Positions 51,598 to 61,266 of a stretch of DNA of 64,000 nt are shown here, in pieces. Both the position numbers and the translations under genes were made by a program. The DNA comes from Steroidobacteraceae bacterium (GTDB lineage: Bacteria > Pseudomonadota > Gammaproteobacteria > Steroidobacterales > Steroidobacteraceae), in the NCBI GenBank assembly GCA_035481795.1, contig DATHRI010000007.1:73939-137938 (forward strand). The letters are read 5' to 3'. The number at the start of each line of letters is the position of its first letter. The first letter of the stretch is position 1. Below the pieces are notes generated by a model, which did no database searches, was not told the DNA's origin, and saw only the letters and a program-made list of their open reading frames with translations.

Positions 51598-51960
51598 TCA
51601 AGCTGAATCCGCAGATGAGCCCTCGCTTCCAAAGAACCTTAGGAGCGTAGCAGGGCGCGGGGAGTGTACGGATTCAGATTTCTGACCATAACCTTGAACG
51701 CTTGCTGGGCAATACACCTCCTTTTCCCGTAGCACCAAGAACTACTATGACTGCGCGTTGACGTCCTGTCTTCGATTGAGTCAACTATCCGTACAGTGGG
51801 TTTACCGGGCATAGAAGGCGTTTTCCGTGCGCTATCGAACACACACGCACCCTGAACAGCGCAAAATGAGACACAAGTCCGGATTTCTATGTTCGACAGC
51901 GTACAGACGGGGCGCGTAAACGCTGATTCAATACAGTAGGCGAGGTGTTGGCACACAGAA
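51564..51960 (-). ncRNA. Candidate small RNA or short-ORF transcript ending at the orphan terminator (5' end unknown)
   Basis: Lower-GC spacer. A 9-bp perfect long-range stem (51603-51611 / 51669-51677) closes a further helix directly upstream of the terminator. Several GGA motifs and one AAAGGAGGTG lie on the minus strand. Confidence 0.3.
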
Positions 51961-51967
51961 GGATCTA

Positions 51968-54100
51968 ATGTCTCAAAACATCCTGCTGATCGAGGACGAT
52001 TTGTCGTACGCCACCGCTATTCGCGAGGCGCTCATCCGCTCGAACCATGGCGCCTTTCAAGTCGAGTGGGTTAGACATTGCATAGAGGGACTCGAGCGGC
52101 TGGTAAAGACGGGAAGGCAGGAGCAAAGCCGGCCGGATGGCATCGCGGCAGTGTTGGCCAACCTCTTTCTCGCCGACAGCCACGGAATTGGCACTTTCGA
52201 TCGACTCTTCTGCGCGGCTCCCGAGGTTCCGATCCTCGTTCTGAGCGCTACGCAGGATGAGGAGACCGCCAAATTGGCCGTTCAGCATGGCGCGCAGGAC
52301 TATCTGCTGAAAGCCAAGTTCGACGGCGACTCGTTCCCGAAGGTGCTCGCAAGCATTGTCGAGCGCGCGGCGAGTGCGGAGGCGCTATTCGAGGCAAAAG
52401 AGCACGCACAAATGCTGCTCAATTCCATTGGCGACGGTGTCATGAGCATCGACGTCTGGGGCCACGTCACCTATCTGAATGCGGTTGCCGAAACCTTAAC
52501 CGGGTGGTCTCGGGCGGAGGCAGCGGGTCGGCCGCTTGCGGAGGTCTTCCGAATCATTGATGCCACGAGCCGTGAAGTTGCGCAGAATTCGATGCTCCTC
52601 GCAATGCGGCAAGACAAGACAGTTGGTCTCACCCCTAACCGCGTCCTTGTACGGCGCGACGGTGTTGAAGCTGCGATCGAGGACTCCGCTTCACCCATCC
52701 ATGACCGAAACGGACATGTGACAGGGGCCGTCATGGTGTTTCACGATGTGAGCGTGGCCCGTGCGCTGACGGCCAGGATGTCCTATCTCGCCCAACACGA
52801 TAGCCTCACCGCTCTACCCAACAGGATGTTGCTGACGGATCGGTTGACGCAGATGATGTCGCTGGCGCAGCGCCATCAACAGAAAATCGCTGTGCTATAC
52901 GTCGACCTGGATTGCTTCAAGCACATCAACGACTCGCTGGGACATGGGATAGGCGACCGCGTCCTGCAGTCGGTAGCGCAGCGATTGCTCAGCAGCGTAC
53001 GCAGCTCCGACACCATCAGCCGCTATGGAGGCGATGAATTCGTGATTCTCCTCGCAGACGCGGTGCACGCGCAGGATGCGCTCGTGAGCGTCGACAAAAT
53101 ACTGCTCGCGCTCGCCGCGCCGCATCGCGTCGAACAGCACGATCTCAGCATCACGGCGAGCATCGGCATCGCTATTTATCCCGATGACGGCACCGACGCC
53201 GCGACGCTGATAAAGCACGCGGACTTTGCCATGCTGCACGCCAAGGACAGCGGCCGCAACAGCTACCAATTCTTCAAGCCCGAGATGAATAAGCGCGCGG
53301 TCGCGCGGCAATCCCTTGAGACCGATCTGCGTCACGCCTTAGAACGGCAGCAATTTCTGTTGCATTATCAACCTAAGATGAATCTCGAATCGGGCGCGGT
53401 CGTGGGTGTCGAGGCGCTCATTCGCTGGCGACATCCGCAGCGCGGACTGGTGGCGCCGGGGTATTTCATACCGGCAGCCGAAGAATCCGGCTGCATCGTG
53501 CCAATCAGCCGTTGGGTTTTGCGCGAAGGCTGCCGGCAAGCCCGCGCCTGGCACGACGCCGGCCTGCCTGCGATCTGTATCGCGATCAATACCTCTGCGA
53601 TTGAATTGCGCTCTAAAGATTTCGTGACGGCAGTGCGCGCAATTCTTACTGAGACCGGACTTGAGCCGCGCTATTTGGAGATTGAGCTCACTGAAGCCTT
53701 CCTGATGCAGGATCCGAAATCCACCACCGCCGTGCTGCAGGAACTCAAAGACGTTGGCGTGCAACTCACGCTCGATGACTTCGGGACCGGTTTCTCGAGT
53801 TTGAGCTACCTCAAGCGCTTCCCAATCGACACCCTAAAAATTGATCAGTCGTTCGTGCGTGATCTTATGACCGACGCCGATGACGCCAGCATCGTAAGAG
53901 CGGTGATAAGTATGGGGCAGAGTCTACACAAACAGGTGGTCGCCGAAGGCGTGGAAACACGCGAGCAGCTTGAGTTCCTTCGCGCGCACGCCTGCCCTGA
54001 GGGGCAAGGCTTCTATTTCAGTCATCCGGTGACCGCCGGGGAGCTCGGTCCATTGTTGGGGCGCAATGTTGTGGAACCGCGCTCACAACAAGTGTATTAA
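51968..54100 (+). CDS. REC - PAS - GGDEF - EAL protein (paralog 2)
   Basis: Same architecture and high similarity to 48190-50385 (MSQNILLIEDD.., RYGGDEFVILL with RSSD I-site, EALIRW, DDFGTGFSSL). Confidence 0.9.
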   Translation: MSQNILLIEDDLSYATAIREALIRSNHGAFQVEWVRHCIEGLERLVKTGRQEQSRPDGIAAVLANLFLADSHGIGTFDRLFCAAPEVPILVLSATQDEETAKLAVQHGAQDYLLKAKFDGDSFPKVLASIVERAASAEALFEAKEHAQMLLNSIGDGVMSIDVWGHVTYLNAVAETLTGWSRAEAAGRPLAEVFRIIDATSREVAQNSMLLAMRQDKTVGLTPNRVLVRRDGVEAAIEDSASPIHDRNGHVTGAVMVFHDVSVARALTARMSYLAQHDSLTALPNRMLLTDRLTQMMSLAQRHQQKIAVLYVDLDCFKHINDSLGHGIGDRVLQSVAQRLLSSVRSSDTISRYGGDEFVILLADAVHAQDALVSVDKILLALAAPHRVEQHDLSITASIGIAIYPDDGTDAATLIKHADFAMLHAKDSGRNSYQFFKPEMNKRAVARQSLETDLRHALERQQFLLHYQPKMNLESGAVVGVEALIRWRHPQRGLVAPGYFIPAAEESGCIVPISRWVLREGCRQARAWHDAGLPAICIAINTSAIELRSKDFVTAVRAILTETGLEPRYLEIELTEAFLMQDPKSTTAVLQELKDVGVQLTLDDFGTGFSSLSYLKRFPIDTLKIDQSFVRDLMTDADDASIVRAVISMGQSLHKQVVAEGVETREQLEFLRAHACPEGQGFYFSHPVTAGELGPLLGRNVVEPRSQQVY

Positions 54101-54325
54101 TCTGGAGCCTACCTGAGCGCAGCAGCGTGCCCAGGAATCTGAGAGCGCGCCGGCCGTTGGGGAGCGGGAGCGCAATCGGGCCATTCGCGGGTTCCGGGCG
54201 CGTGCTTCACCGAAGACTATTGATGCGATGCAACTGCGCTCACCATACGCATTCTCGTGGATCCGCGTGCTCTAGACCCCGGGCAACTGCACGGAGTAGC
54301 ATGCGACCGATTCAACAGCGCGGAG

Positions 54326-54607
54326 ATGTCCATGGCAAGCGAACCACAAGATCTTTCCCGACGCGATTTTTTCCGGCGCGCCACGACCTATGCCATTGGA
54401 GCTGCTGCGATCGTCCAGGCTGTGCAGCCGAAGATCGCGACGGCACAGGCAAAAGTGGCTCAGAGCTCAGTCTCGTATCAAGACAAGCCGAAGGGTACGC
54501 AGCGCTGCGATGGTTGCACCCTTTTCCAGGCGCCAAAATCCTGCAAAGTCGTTGACGGGGAAATTAGCCCACAGGGCTGGTGCTCACTCTTTGCAGCGAA
54601 GACCTAA
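54326..54607 (+). CDS. High-potential iron-sulfur protein (HiPIP) with Tat signal
   Basis: Twin-arginine motif SRRDFFRR and AxA site ATAQA. The mature domain has the four HiPIP Cys (CDGC...SC...GWC). Confidence 0.85.
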   Translation: MSMASEPQDLSRRDFFRRATTYAIGAAAIVQAVQPKIATAQAKVAQSSVSYQDKPKGTQRCDGCTLFQAPKSCKVVDGEISPQGWCSLFAAKT

Positions 54608-54820
54608 GGCCGCGAGCCATGCCCGTGGCCCCAGTAGGCGCCCACCCTGAAGATGGTGCGCCTCCGAACTTCGCCTAGAGACTACCTAGCCGATTGCGGG
54701 CACCTAGCTTTTGATTTGGCCGCGCACGTCAGCTCAGCTGACCTCCGAGGCGGGCGCAGTCGCGGTTGGTTGCGCTGCGCATTTGTCGTCGCCGAGTCCT
54801 GCGTCTACTAGATCTAACAG

Positions 54821-55108
54821 CTACTTGAATTTCCTCGTCATATTCTCGAGGGCCGCCATGACATCTGCCCCGGCTTTGTCCATGTGCGCCTTCAGTTGCT
54901 CCCAAGCGCGTTCGTTAGCGTTTTTCAGATTGTAGAAATTCTCCCATGCTTGGGATTGCTTGGCGCGCAGGTCCTCGAGATTTTTTTTATACTGGCTCTT
55001 GGCATGCGCCTCGATCTGCTCGGCGCCCGCTCTGAAGCGCTCCGTTTGCTCCTTCCATTCGTTCAGGTTTTTTTCCATCAGCGCCTGATAGTGTTCCCGG
55101 GTTTCCAT
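54821..55108 (-). CDS. Small coiled-coil protein, possible phasin-like granule protein
   Basis: 95 aa from ATG 55108, preceded by GGAGG. All-helical heptad-like sequence with three ..W(K/E)(E/N)(Q/F).. repeats. Co-directional just downstream of phaA-phaB. Confidence 0.6.
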   Translation of the reverse strand: METREHYQALMEKNLNEWKEQTERFRAGAEQIEAHAKSQYKKNLEDLRAKQSQAWENFYNLKNANERAWEQLKAHMDKAGADVMAALENMTRKFK

Positions 55109-55219
55109 GGCATTCCTCCTACAGTTGTATCGTGCGCATCTCGCCGCTCGGCCATCTCCTGATCGGGCATCTGCGCAGCGCCCAAGTGCCTGCAACGTAC
55201 GCCTCGATGGGCATTTGAC

Positions 55220-55963
55220 TCACATATAAACGCCGCCGTTGACGTTGATCTGCTGCCCGGTAATGTAATCGCCATCGGCCGCCAAGAAAAGCACGGCCTT
55301 GGCGATCTCCTCGGGCTTGCCGAAGCGGCCGAGTGGTATACGGCCGAGGATCTGCTTCTGCACCGGCTCTGGAACTTTCGACAACATGTCGGTCAGGGTG
55401 AAGCCCGGTGCGAGCGAATTCACAGTGATGTTGTGCCGCGCGACTTCCATCGCGGCGGTCCGGGAAAAGGCGATGATGCCGCCTTTGCTGGCAGCGTAAT
55501 TGGCCTGCCCGAAATTACCGGCCTGGCCGACGAACGAGCTGATATTGATGATTCGCCCATAGTTCTGCTCGATCATCAACGGCATGACCGCCGTCACACC
55601 GAAATAACACGCGTTCAGGTTCGTGTGGATCACCTCAAGCCATTCATTATCGGTCATCTTACGCAGCGTTTTATCGCGCGTGATGCCGGCATTGTTGACA
55701 AGAATATCGAGTCGCCCCCAAGCGCTCCGAATCTTTTGCACCAAGTCAGTCCACGTTGAGCGCTCACTGACGTCGCCTTGGAGCAGTAGGGTCTTTGAGC
55801 CGCGCGCGCGTAGCTCCTCTTCCAGCGCCTGCGCTTCAGTCCCGCCGGAGCGGTAGTTGATGGCTATCGAAGCCCCTTCCGCGGCGAACATCGTCGCGAT
55901 CGCGCGGCCAATACCGCGAGATGCGCCTGTCACGAGCGCATATTGCCCGCTCAATCTACCCAT
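55220..55963 (-). CDS. phaB: Acetoacetyl-CoA reductase (SDR)
   Basis: TGASRGIG cofactor motif and YAASKGG catalytic motif. 247 aa. Immediately downstream of the thiolase. Confidence 0.85.
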   Translation of the reverse strand: MGRLSGQYALVTGASRGIGRAIATMFAAEGASIAINYRSGGTEAQALEEELRARGSKTLLLQGDVSERSTWTDLVQKIRSAWGRLDILVNNAGITRDKTLRKMTDNEWLEVIHTNLNACYFGVTAVMPLMIEQNYGRIINISSFVGQAGNFGQANYAASKGGIIAFSRTAAMEVARHNITVNSLAPGFTLTDMLSKVPEPVQKQILGRIPLGRFGKPEEIAKAVLFLAADGDYITGQQINVNGGVYM

Positions 55964-56270
55964 GTGATTACCCCTGTGGAATTTGTATCGAGGAGCGCAG
56001 CTTCGTTAATCAAAGCAGTTTTGCAGCGCCGACGAATTGTGGTTATAGGATGTGTCCGAAAGTCCGCGCCACCCCTAAAGTGTTGTGCTTTCGCAGAGAC
56101 CTTGGTCCGGCGCGCTCGCACGACGCTGCATGTGGCAGCCTGGGCTGCGTGCCGACGCTACGAAACACTCACAAGCCTACACCAAATCGGGCGCCATCGG
56201 CGGCGCGTCGCGCCGCGTATCGGGCGCAAAGCCGCAAAGCCGACGACCGGCTAATGCCCCGAGCGGCTCT

Positions 56271-57446
56271 TCAGCGCTCCACCGCGAGTGCGACGCCCAT
56301 GCCACCGCCGATGCACAGACTAGCCAAGCCCTTGTGTGCGTTCCGCCGGACCATCTCGTGCAGCAGTGTCACCAGGATGCGGCAGCCCGAAGCGCCGATG
56401 GGGTGACCGATGGCGATGGCGCCACCATTGACGTTTATTTTCGAGGTGTCCCATCCCATCTCGTTGTTGACCGCAATGGCCTGGGCGGCAAAGGCCTCGT
56501 TCACTTCTATGAGATCCAAATCCGAAGCAGCCCAACCGGCCTTTCTCAGGCACAACTGACTCGCCGGCACCGGTCCCATGCCCATAAACTTCGGATCCAC
56601 ACCCGCAGACGCATAGGACTTGATCCGCGCCAGAGGCTTGAGACCCAACTCGTTCGCTTTCCGGGCCGACATCACGAGCACCACGGCTGCGCCGTCATTG
56701 ATGCCTGAGGCGTTCCCGGCCGTAACCGTGCCGTCCTTAGTGAAAACCGGTTTGAGCTCCGCGAGTGATTCTGCGGTGATGCCGTGGCGGATGAATTCAT
56801 CGGTCTCAAATACAATTGAGCCTTTCTTGGAGACGATCTCGATCGCGGCGATCTCCGCCTTGAATCTGCCAGCCTTTTGCGCCGCCTCGGCCTTCTGCTG
56901 CGAGGCCGCCGCGAAGTCATCTTGCGCACGGCGCGAAATCTGGTATTTCGTCGCCACATTTTCGGCCGTGACGCCCATGTGGTACTGGTTGTAGACGTCC
57001 CAAAGCCCGTCGACAATCATGCTGTCGATGAGCTTCACATCGCCCATCCGGAATCCATCGCGCGAGCCCGGCAGAACATGAGGTGCCGCGCTCATGTTCT
57101 CTTGTCCACCAGCGATCACGATCTCCGCATCGCCACACTTGATGGCCTGTGCGGCCAGGTGTGTCGCCTTGAGGCCGCTGCCGCAGACTTTGCCGATCGT
57201 CATTGCCGGCACCATATCCGGGATACCCGCACGGATCAGTGCCTGACGGGCAGGATTCTGCCCACAGCCGGCGGTGAGCGCCTGGCCGAGGATCACTTCC
57301 GATATCTGTTCGGGCCTAACGCCGGAGGCGACAAGCAATGCCCGAATGACTTGTCCACCCAGATCGGCGGCCGGAACCTTGGCAATCGATCCGCCGAATT
57401 TCCCCACTGCGCTCCGCAGTGCGGCGGTGATGACTACGTCATTCAT
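56271..57446 (-). CDS. phaA: Acetyl-CoA acetyltransferase (beta-ketothiolase)
   Basis: Thiolase signatures (GKVCGSGLKA active Cys, NVNGGAIAIGHPIGASG, CIGGGMG). Confidence 0.93.
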   Translation of the reverse strand: MNDVVITAALRSAVGKFGGSIAKVPAADLGGQVIRALLVASGVRPEQISEVILGQALTAGCGQNPARQALIRAGIPDMVPAMTIGKVCGSGLKATHLAAQAIKCGDAEIVIAGGQENMSAAPHVLPGSRDGFRMGDVKLIDSMIVDGLWDVYNQYHMGVTAENVATKYQISRRAQDDFAAASQQKAEAAQKAGRFKAEIAAIEIVSKKGSIVFETDEFIRHGITAESLAELKPVFTKDGTVTAGNASGINDGAAVVLVMSARKANELGLKPLARIKSYASAGVDPKFMGMGPVPASQLCLRKAGWAASDLDLIEVNEAFAAQAIAVNNEMGWDTSKINVNGGAIAIGHPIGASGCRILVTLLHEMVRRNAHKGLASLCIGGGMGVALAVER

Positions 57447-57908
57447 TCTAACGCCTCGTCCCAGAGTTCGGAAAACCGCGGGAATAGGCGCCCGCTTTCG
57501 CCTACGCGTTTGAGCGCCTCCGCAGCTTCTTTGATGCTAGCCCACCAGAGGCAAACCTGTCCAAACCCGCGATGGCTCGAGGAGCCAGTAACGCACTGCA
57601 TCATTTGCGGCCGAAGCTGTGGAAATGATGGGTGAACGGTACGGCGCAGCATTGACAATGCACTGGTCTTGATCATCAGTGCAGATTTCGGAGGTATAAC
57701 TCCAGCGCACAAAGTTCGCGGAGCGCACAGCTCGCCGAATGGCGAGCGGCAATTCGGACGGGCGAAGCGCGCGACTGTTCACTTGCGAAAAATCATACGG
57801 AGTACTATGCAGGCGCAGGCATGTGTTGCGATCGGCCTCGCAAGTAAGTGACAGTGAGCACGAAAATAATCCGCCCTGCGGCGTTCGGTGGCCTAGATAG
57901 GATCTCAT
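57443..57908 (-). pseudogene. Possible frameshifted small gene upstream of phaA
   Basis: Two overlapping minus-strand ORFs in different frames (57537-57908 and 57443-57712). The 3' frame ends in an ATGA overlap with the phaA start. The frames would join near 57537-57560. Confidence 0.3.
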
Positions 57909-57948
57909 CCTATAGGCGCCCCTAGAGCAGGCTTATGCGAGTAACCCT

Positions 57949-59895
57949 ATGAATCAGAATATATATCGAGTTCCTGAGAGCTTCGCTGCCGCTGCCCAAT
58001 TCGATCGCGGCGATTACGATCGCATGTACGCGGAGTCTATCGAGGATCCTGAGCACTTCTGGACTCGCATCGCTCGCCGCATTGAATGGATTCGTCGGTT
58101 CCGACAGGTCAGAGACGTGAGCTATGCAGAGGGGGATTTTCGCATCCGCTGGTTTGTCGACGGAAAGCTCAACGTCTCCAGCAATTGCCTGGACCGCCAC
58201 TTGGAGATGCGCGCCGATAAGATCGCGATCATCTGGGAGGGCGATGACCCCAACGAAACCGAATCCATCAGTTACCGCGAGCTACACGAACGTGTCTGTC
58301 AATGCGCGAACGCATTGAAGTCCCTGGGCGTCGTAGCGGGAGATCGCGTCACCATTTACTTGCCAATGATCCCCGAGATCGCCATTGCGATGCTCGCATG
58401 CGCACGCATCGGCGCCGTTCATTCGGTCGTGTTCGGCGGCTTCTCTTCCGAGGCATTGGGCGGTCGTATTGCGGACTGTGATTCTACGCTGGTCATCACC
58501 GCCGACGAAGGCGTCCGCGGCGGCAAGCGCGTCCCGTTGAAGGCCAATGTCGACGGCGCCCTTAGCATCAAGGGCACGGCTTGCGTCAAGCACGTTCTGG
58601 TCGTTCGGCGCACGGGTGCGCCGGTAGCAATGTACACGCCGCGTGACCGCTGGTATGACGACGTCGTGCTGCAGCAGGCGAAGTCGTGCGCACCGGCGGT
58701 GATGGACGCAGAAGATCCCCTTTTCATCCTCTACACTTCCGGTTCGACTGGCAAGCCCAAGGGCGTGTTGCACACGAGCGGCGGCTACCTCGTGTATGCC
58801 GCGTTCACGCATCAAGCGGTATTTGATCTGCGCGAAGATGATGTCTACTGGGCGACTGCCGATATCGGCTGGGTCACGGGCCACACGTACATCGTCTACG
58901 GGCCGCTCGCAAATGGCGCGACCACGGTCATGTTTGAGGGAGTGCCGAACTATCCAGACGCACGCCGACTCTGGCAGATTGTCGATAAGCACGGCGTGAC
59001 GATTCTGTATTCTTCGCCTACAGCAATTCGCTCGCTGATGCGTGAAGGCGAGGCGCCCGTCAAAGCCAGCTCCCGCAAGAGCCTGCGTCTGCTGGGCTCG
59101 GTCGGCGAGCCGATCAATCCAGAGGCGTGGGAGTGGTACCACCGCGTCGTGGGCGATGATCGCTGTCCGATTGTCGACACGTGGTGGCAGACCGAGACCG
59201 GTGGGATTCTGATCAGCCCGTTGCCTGGCGCGATGGACCTGAAGCCCGGTTCTGCCACTTTGCCGTTCTTCGGTGTGCGGCCGGCCATCGTCGACAATGA
59301 AGGTCGGATTCTCGACGGCGCCTGCGAGGGCAATCTCGTATTACTTGACAGCTGGCCCGGACAGATGCGCACGGTGCACGGCGACCATCAGCGCTTCATC
59401 GACACGTACTTTAAGGCCTTTCCCGGAATGTACTTCACCGGTGATGGTGCGCGCCGCGATACGGACGGTTACTACTGGATCACAGGGCGTGTGGACGACG
59501 TGCTCAATGTCGCCGGTCACCGCTTAGGCACGGCGGAAATTGAAAGCGCCATGAGCGCACATCCTCAGGTGGCCGAATCAGCCGCCGTGGGATTCCCGCA
59601 CGACATCAAAGGCCAAGGTATCTATGTCTACGTAACCTTGATCGCCGGTGCCGAGCCCAGCGAGCGCCTGCGCGCAGAATTGCGTGACTGGGTGCGCAAG
59701 GAGATTAGCCCGATCGCAACTCCCGATGTCATCCAATGGGCGCCGGGGCTGCCGAAGACACGGTCCGGCAAGATCATGCGGCGGATTCTGCGCAAGATCG
59801 CCGCCAATGAGCACGATCAGCTCGGCGATATATCAACGCTTGCGGATCCCAGCGTGGTCGAGCAGCTAGTCAAGGAGCGGGCGCACCGCCGATGA
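57949..59895 (+). CDS. acs: Acetyl-CoA synthetase
   Basis: 648 aa. AMP-binding motif [11 protein letters not shown]. The Acs-typical N-terminus (..[22 protein letters not shown]) and C-terminal [13 protein letters not shown]. Confidence 0.95.
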   Translation: MNQNIYRVPESFAAAAQFDRGDYDRMYAESIEDPEHFWTRIARRIEWIRRFRQVRDVSYAEGDFRIRWFVDGKLNVSSNCLDRHLEMRADKIAIIWEGDDPNETESISYRELHERVCQCANALKSLGVVAGDRVTIYLPMIPEIAIAMLACARIGAVHSVVFGGFSSEALGGRIADCDSTLVITADEGVRGGKRVPLKANVDGALSIKGTACVKHVLVVRRTGAPVAMYTPRDRWYDDVVLQQAKSCAPAVMDAEDPLFILYTSGSTGKPKGVLHTSGGYLVYAAFTHQAVFDLREDDVYWATADIGWVTGHTYIVYGPLANGATTVMFEGVPNYPDARRLWQIVDKHGVTILYSSPTAIRSLMREGEAPVKASSRKSLRLLGSVGEPINPEAWEWYHRVVGDDRCPIVDTWWQTETGGILISPLPGAMDLKPGSATLPFFGVRPAIVDNEGRILDGACEGNLVLLDSWPGQMRTVHGDHQRFIDTYFKAFPGMYFTGDGARRDTDGYYWITGRVDDVLNVAGHRLGTAEIESAMSAHPQVAESAAVGFPHDIKGQGIYVYVTLIAGAEPSERLRAELRDWVRKEISPIATPDVIQWAPGLPKTRSGKIMRRILRKIAANEHDQLGDISTLADPSVVEQLVKERAHRR

Positions 59896-60201
59896 ATTCA
59901 CGGTCCGTGATTTAGACGCTTTGCTGGGCGAGATCGGCGCGGCTCGCTTCTATAGGAGCACTTCCCGGTTTGCGTATTGGTAGCATGCGCAGCTCATTGT
60001 TGACGCGGCGTCCGGGCGTGCTGGGAGATTTTTCTTAGACGGGCAGGAAGGCTGCGATTTTTATCCCGCCGCTACTTGTTCAGCTATCAGGAGCGGCTGA
60101 ATCGGGAAAATCAGGGGCGTGCGCCACGTACAGTAGGCCTGTATTCATGCGTCTCCACGTCGCGCTTCTTAGAATCACAATTCGGCGACCTACCGTATCA
60201 T

Positions 60202-61266
60202 TCATGATTCGCGCTCACCGAGCCATGCAGCGATCTTTGTGGGCACATCTTGCTGCGCACGCGCGCTCACATACATCCCAATATGTCCCACGTCGACTGC
60301 CAGTGCCGTGTAGTCCGCACTGCCGACGAGGCGTGCGAGTGGCACGCTGGCGCTCGGCGGCACCAGATGATCTTTGCTGGCGTATATATTGAGCACGGGT
60401 TGAGTGATTCGGCTCAGTTCGACGCGTCGTCCGCCGAGAGTGACGCTGCCGGTGACAAGACCATTTTCTTGATAGAACCATTGCAGAAACTGGCGCAGTG
60501 CTGCCGCCGCCTGGTCGGGGCTGTCGAAGATCCAGCGCTCCATGCGCATGAAATTCTCGAGCTGCCGCTGATCGTCGCCTGCTTGCACGATGTCCACGTA
60601 TTTCTGCTGTGTCAGGCGAAACGGCATCAGCGACAAATAGATGCTGTTTAAGCTCTCGCCGGAGAGATTGCCTCCCTGCGCCAGCAGGTCGAGATCCAGT
60701 GCTTGCACCCATTTTGACAGCAAGTTCTCCGGTGTTTTGAAATCGACCGGTGTCACCATCGTGATCAGGTTTTTAATGCGCTCAGGGTAGAGCGCGGCGT
60801 AGCAAAGGCTGAAGGTGCCACCTTGACATACGCCCAGCAGATTGACGCCCGCGATCTGGTGAGTATCGATGATGTGCTGAACGCAGTGATGCAGATAGCC
60901 GTTAATGTAGTCGTCAAGATCGGTGAATCGATCCGCCCCGTCTGGATAGCCCCAATCGATGAGGTAGACGTCGAGCCCGGCTTCGAGAAAGCGCCGGATC
61001 AGCGACCGATCGATCTGCAGATCCATCATGTAAGGACGGTTGACGAGCGCATAGCAAATCAAGACAGGCGTGATGCCGGCCGGCTTGGTGAGGGGCTCAT
61101 AGCGGTACAGGGCGACCTTATCTTCGCCCCACACGCGCTGCTTAGCGGAACATCCGGGCCGTGCGTTCGCAGCGCCTCCAATCGCCGCCAGCGTAGCGCT
61201 CAAGCGGCGCCCGAAGTCGAGGATCTCAGACGAAAGTGCCTGCGGATCGGGTAGCGAACTGTTCAT
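60202..61266 (-). CDS. phaC: Class III PHA synthase subunit PhaC
   Basis: ~354 aa (the class III size) with lipase-box variant GVCQGG. ATGA overlap with phaE. Confidence 0.88.
   Translation of the reverse strand: MNSSLPDPQALSSEILDFGRRLSATLAAIGGAANARPGCSAKQRVWGEDKVALYRYEPLTKPAGITPVLICYALVNRPYMMDLQIDRSLIRRFLEAGLDVYLIDWGYPDGADRFTDLDDYINGYLHHCVQHIIDTHQIAGVNLLGVCQGGTFSLCYAALYPERIKNLITMVTPVDFKTPENLLSKWVQALDLDLLAQGGNLSGESLNSIYLSLMPFRLTQQKYVDIVQAGDDQRQLENFMRMERWIFDSPDQAAAALRQFLQWFYQENGLVTGSVTLGGRRVELSRITQPVLNIYASKDHLVPPSASVPLARLVGSADYTALAVDVGHIGMYVSARAQQDVPTKIAAWLGERES

Noticed and set aside
51639-51956. 105-aa minus-strand ORF (nine Cys, ~9% of residues) in the spacer upstream of the second GGDEF-EAL gene.
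   Set aside because: Composition and lack of any recognisable motif argue against a real protein. The region is better explained as non-coding RNA or leader (see finding).
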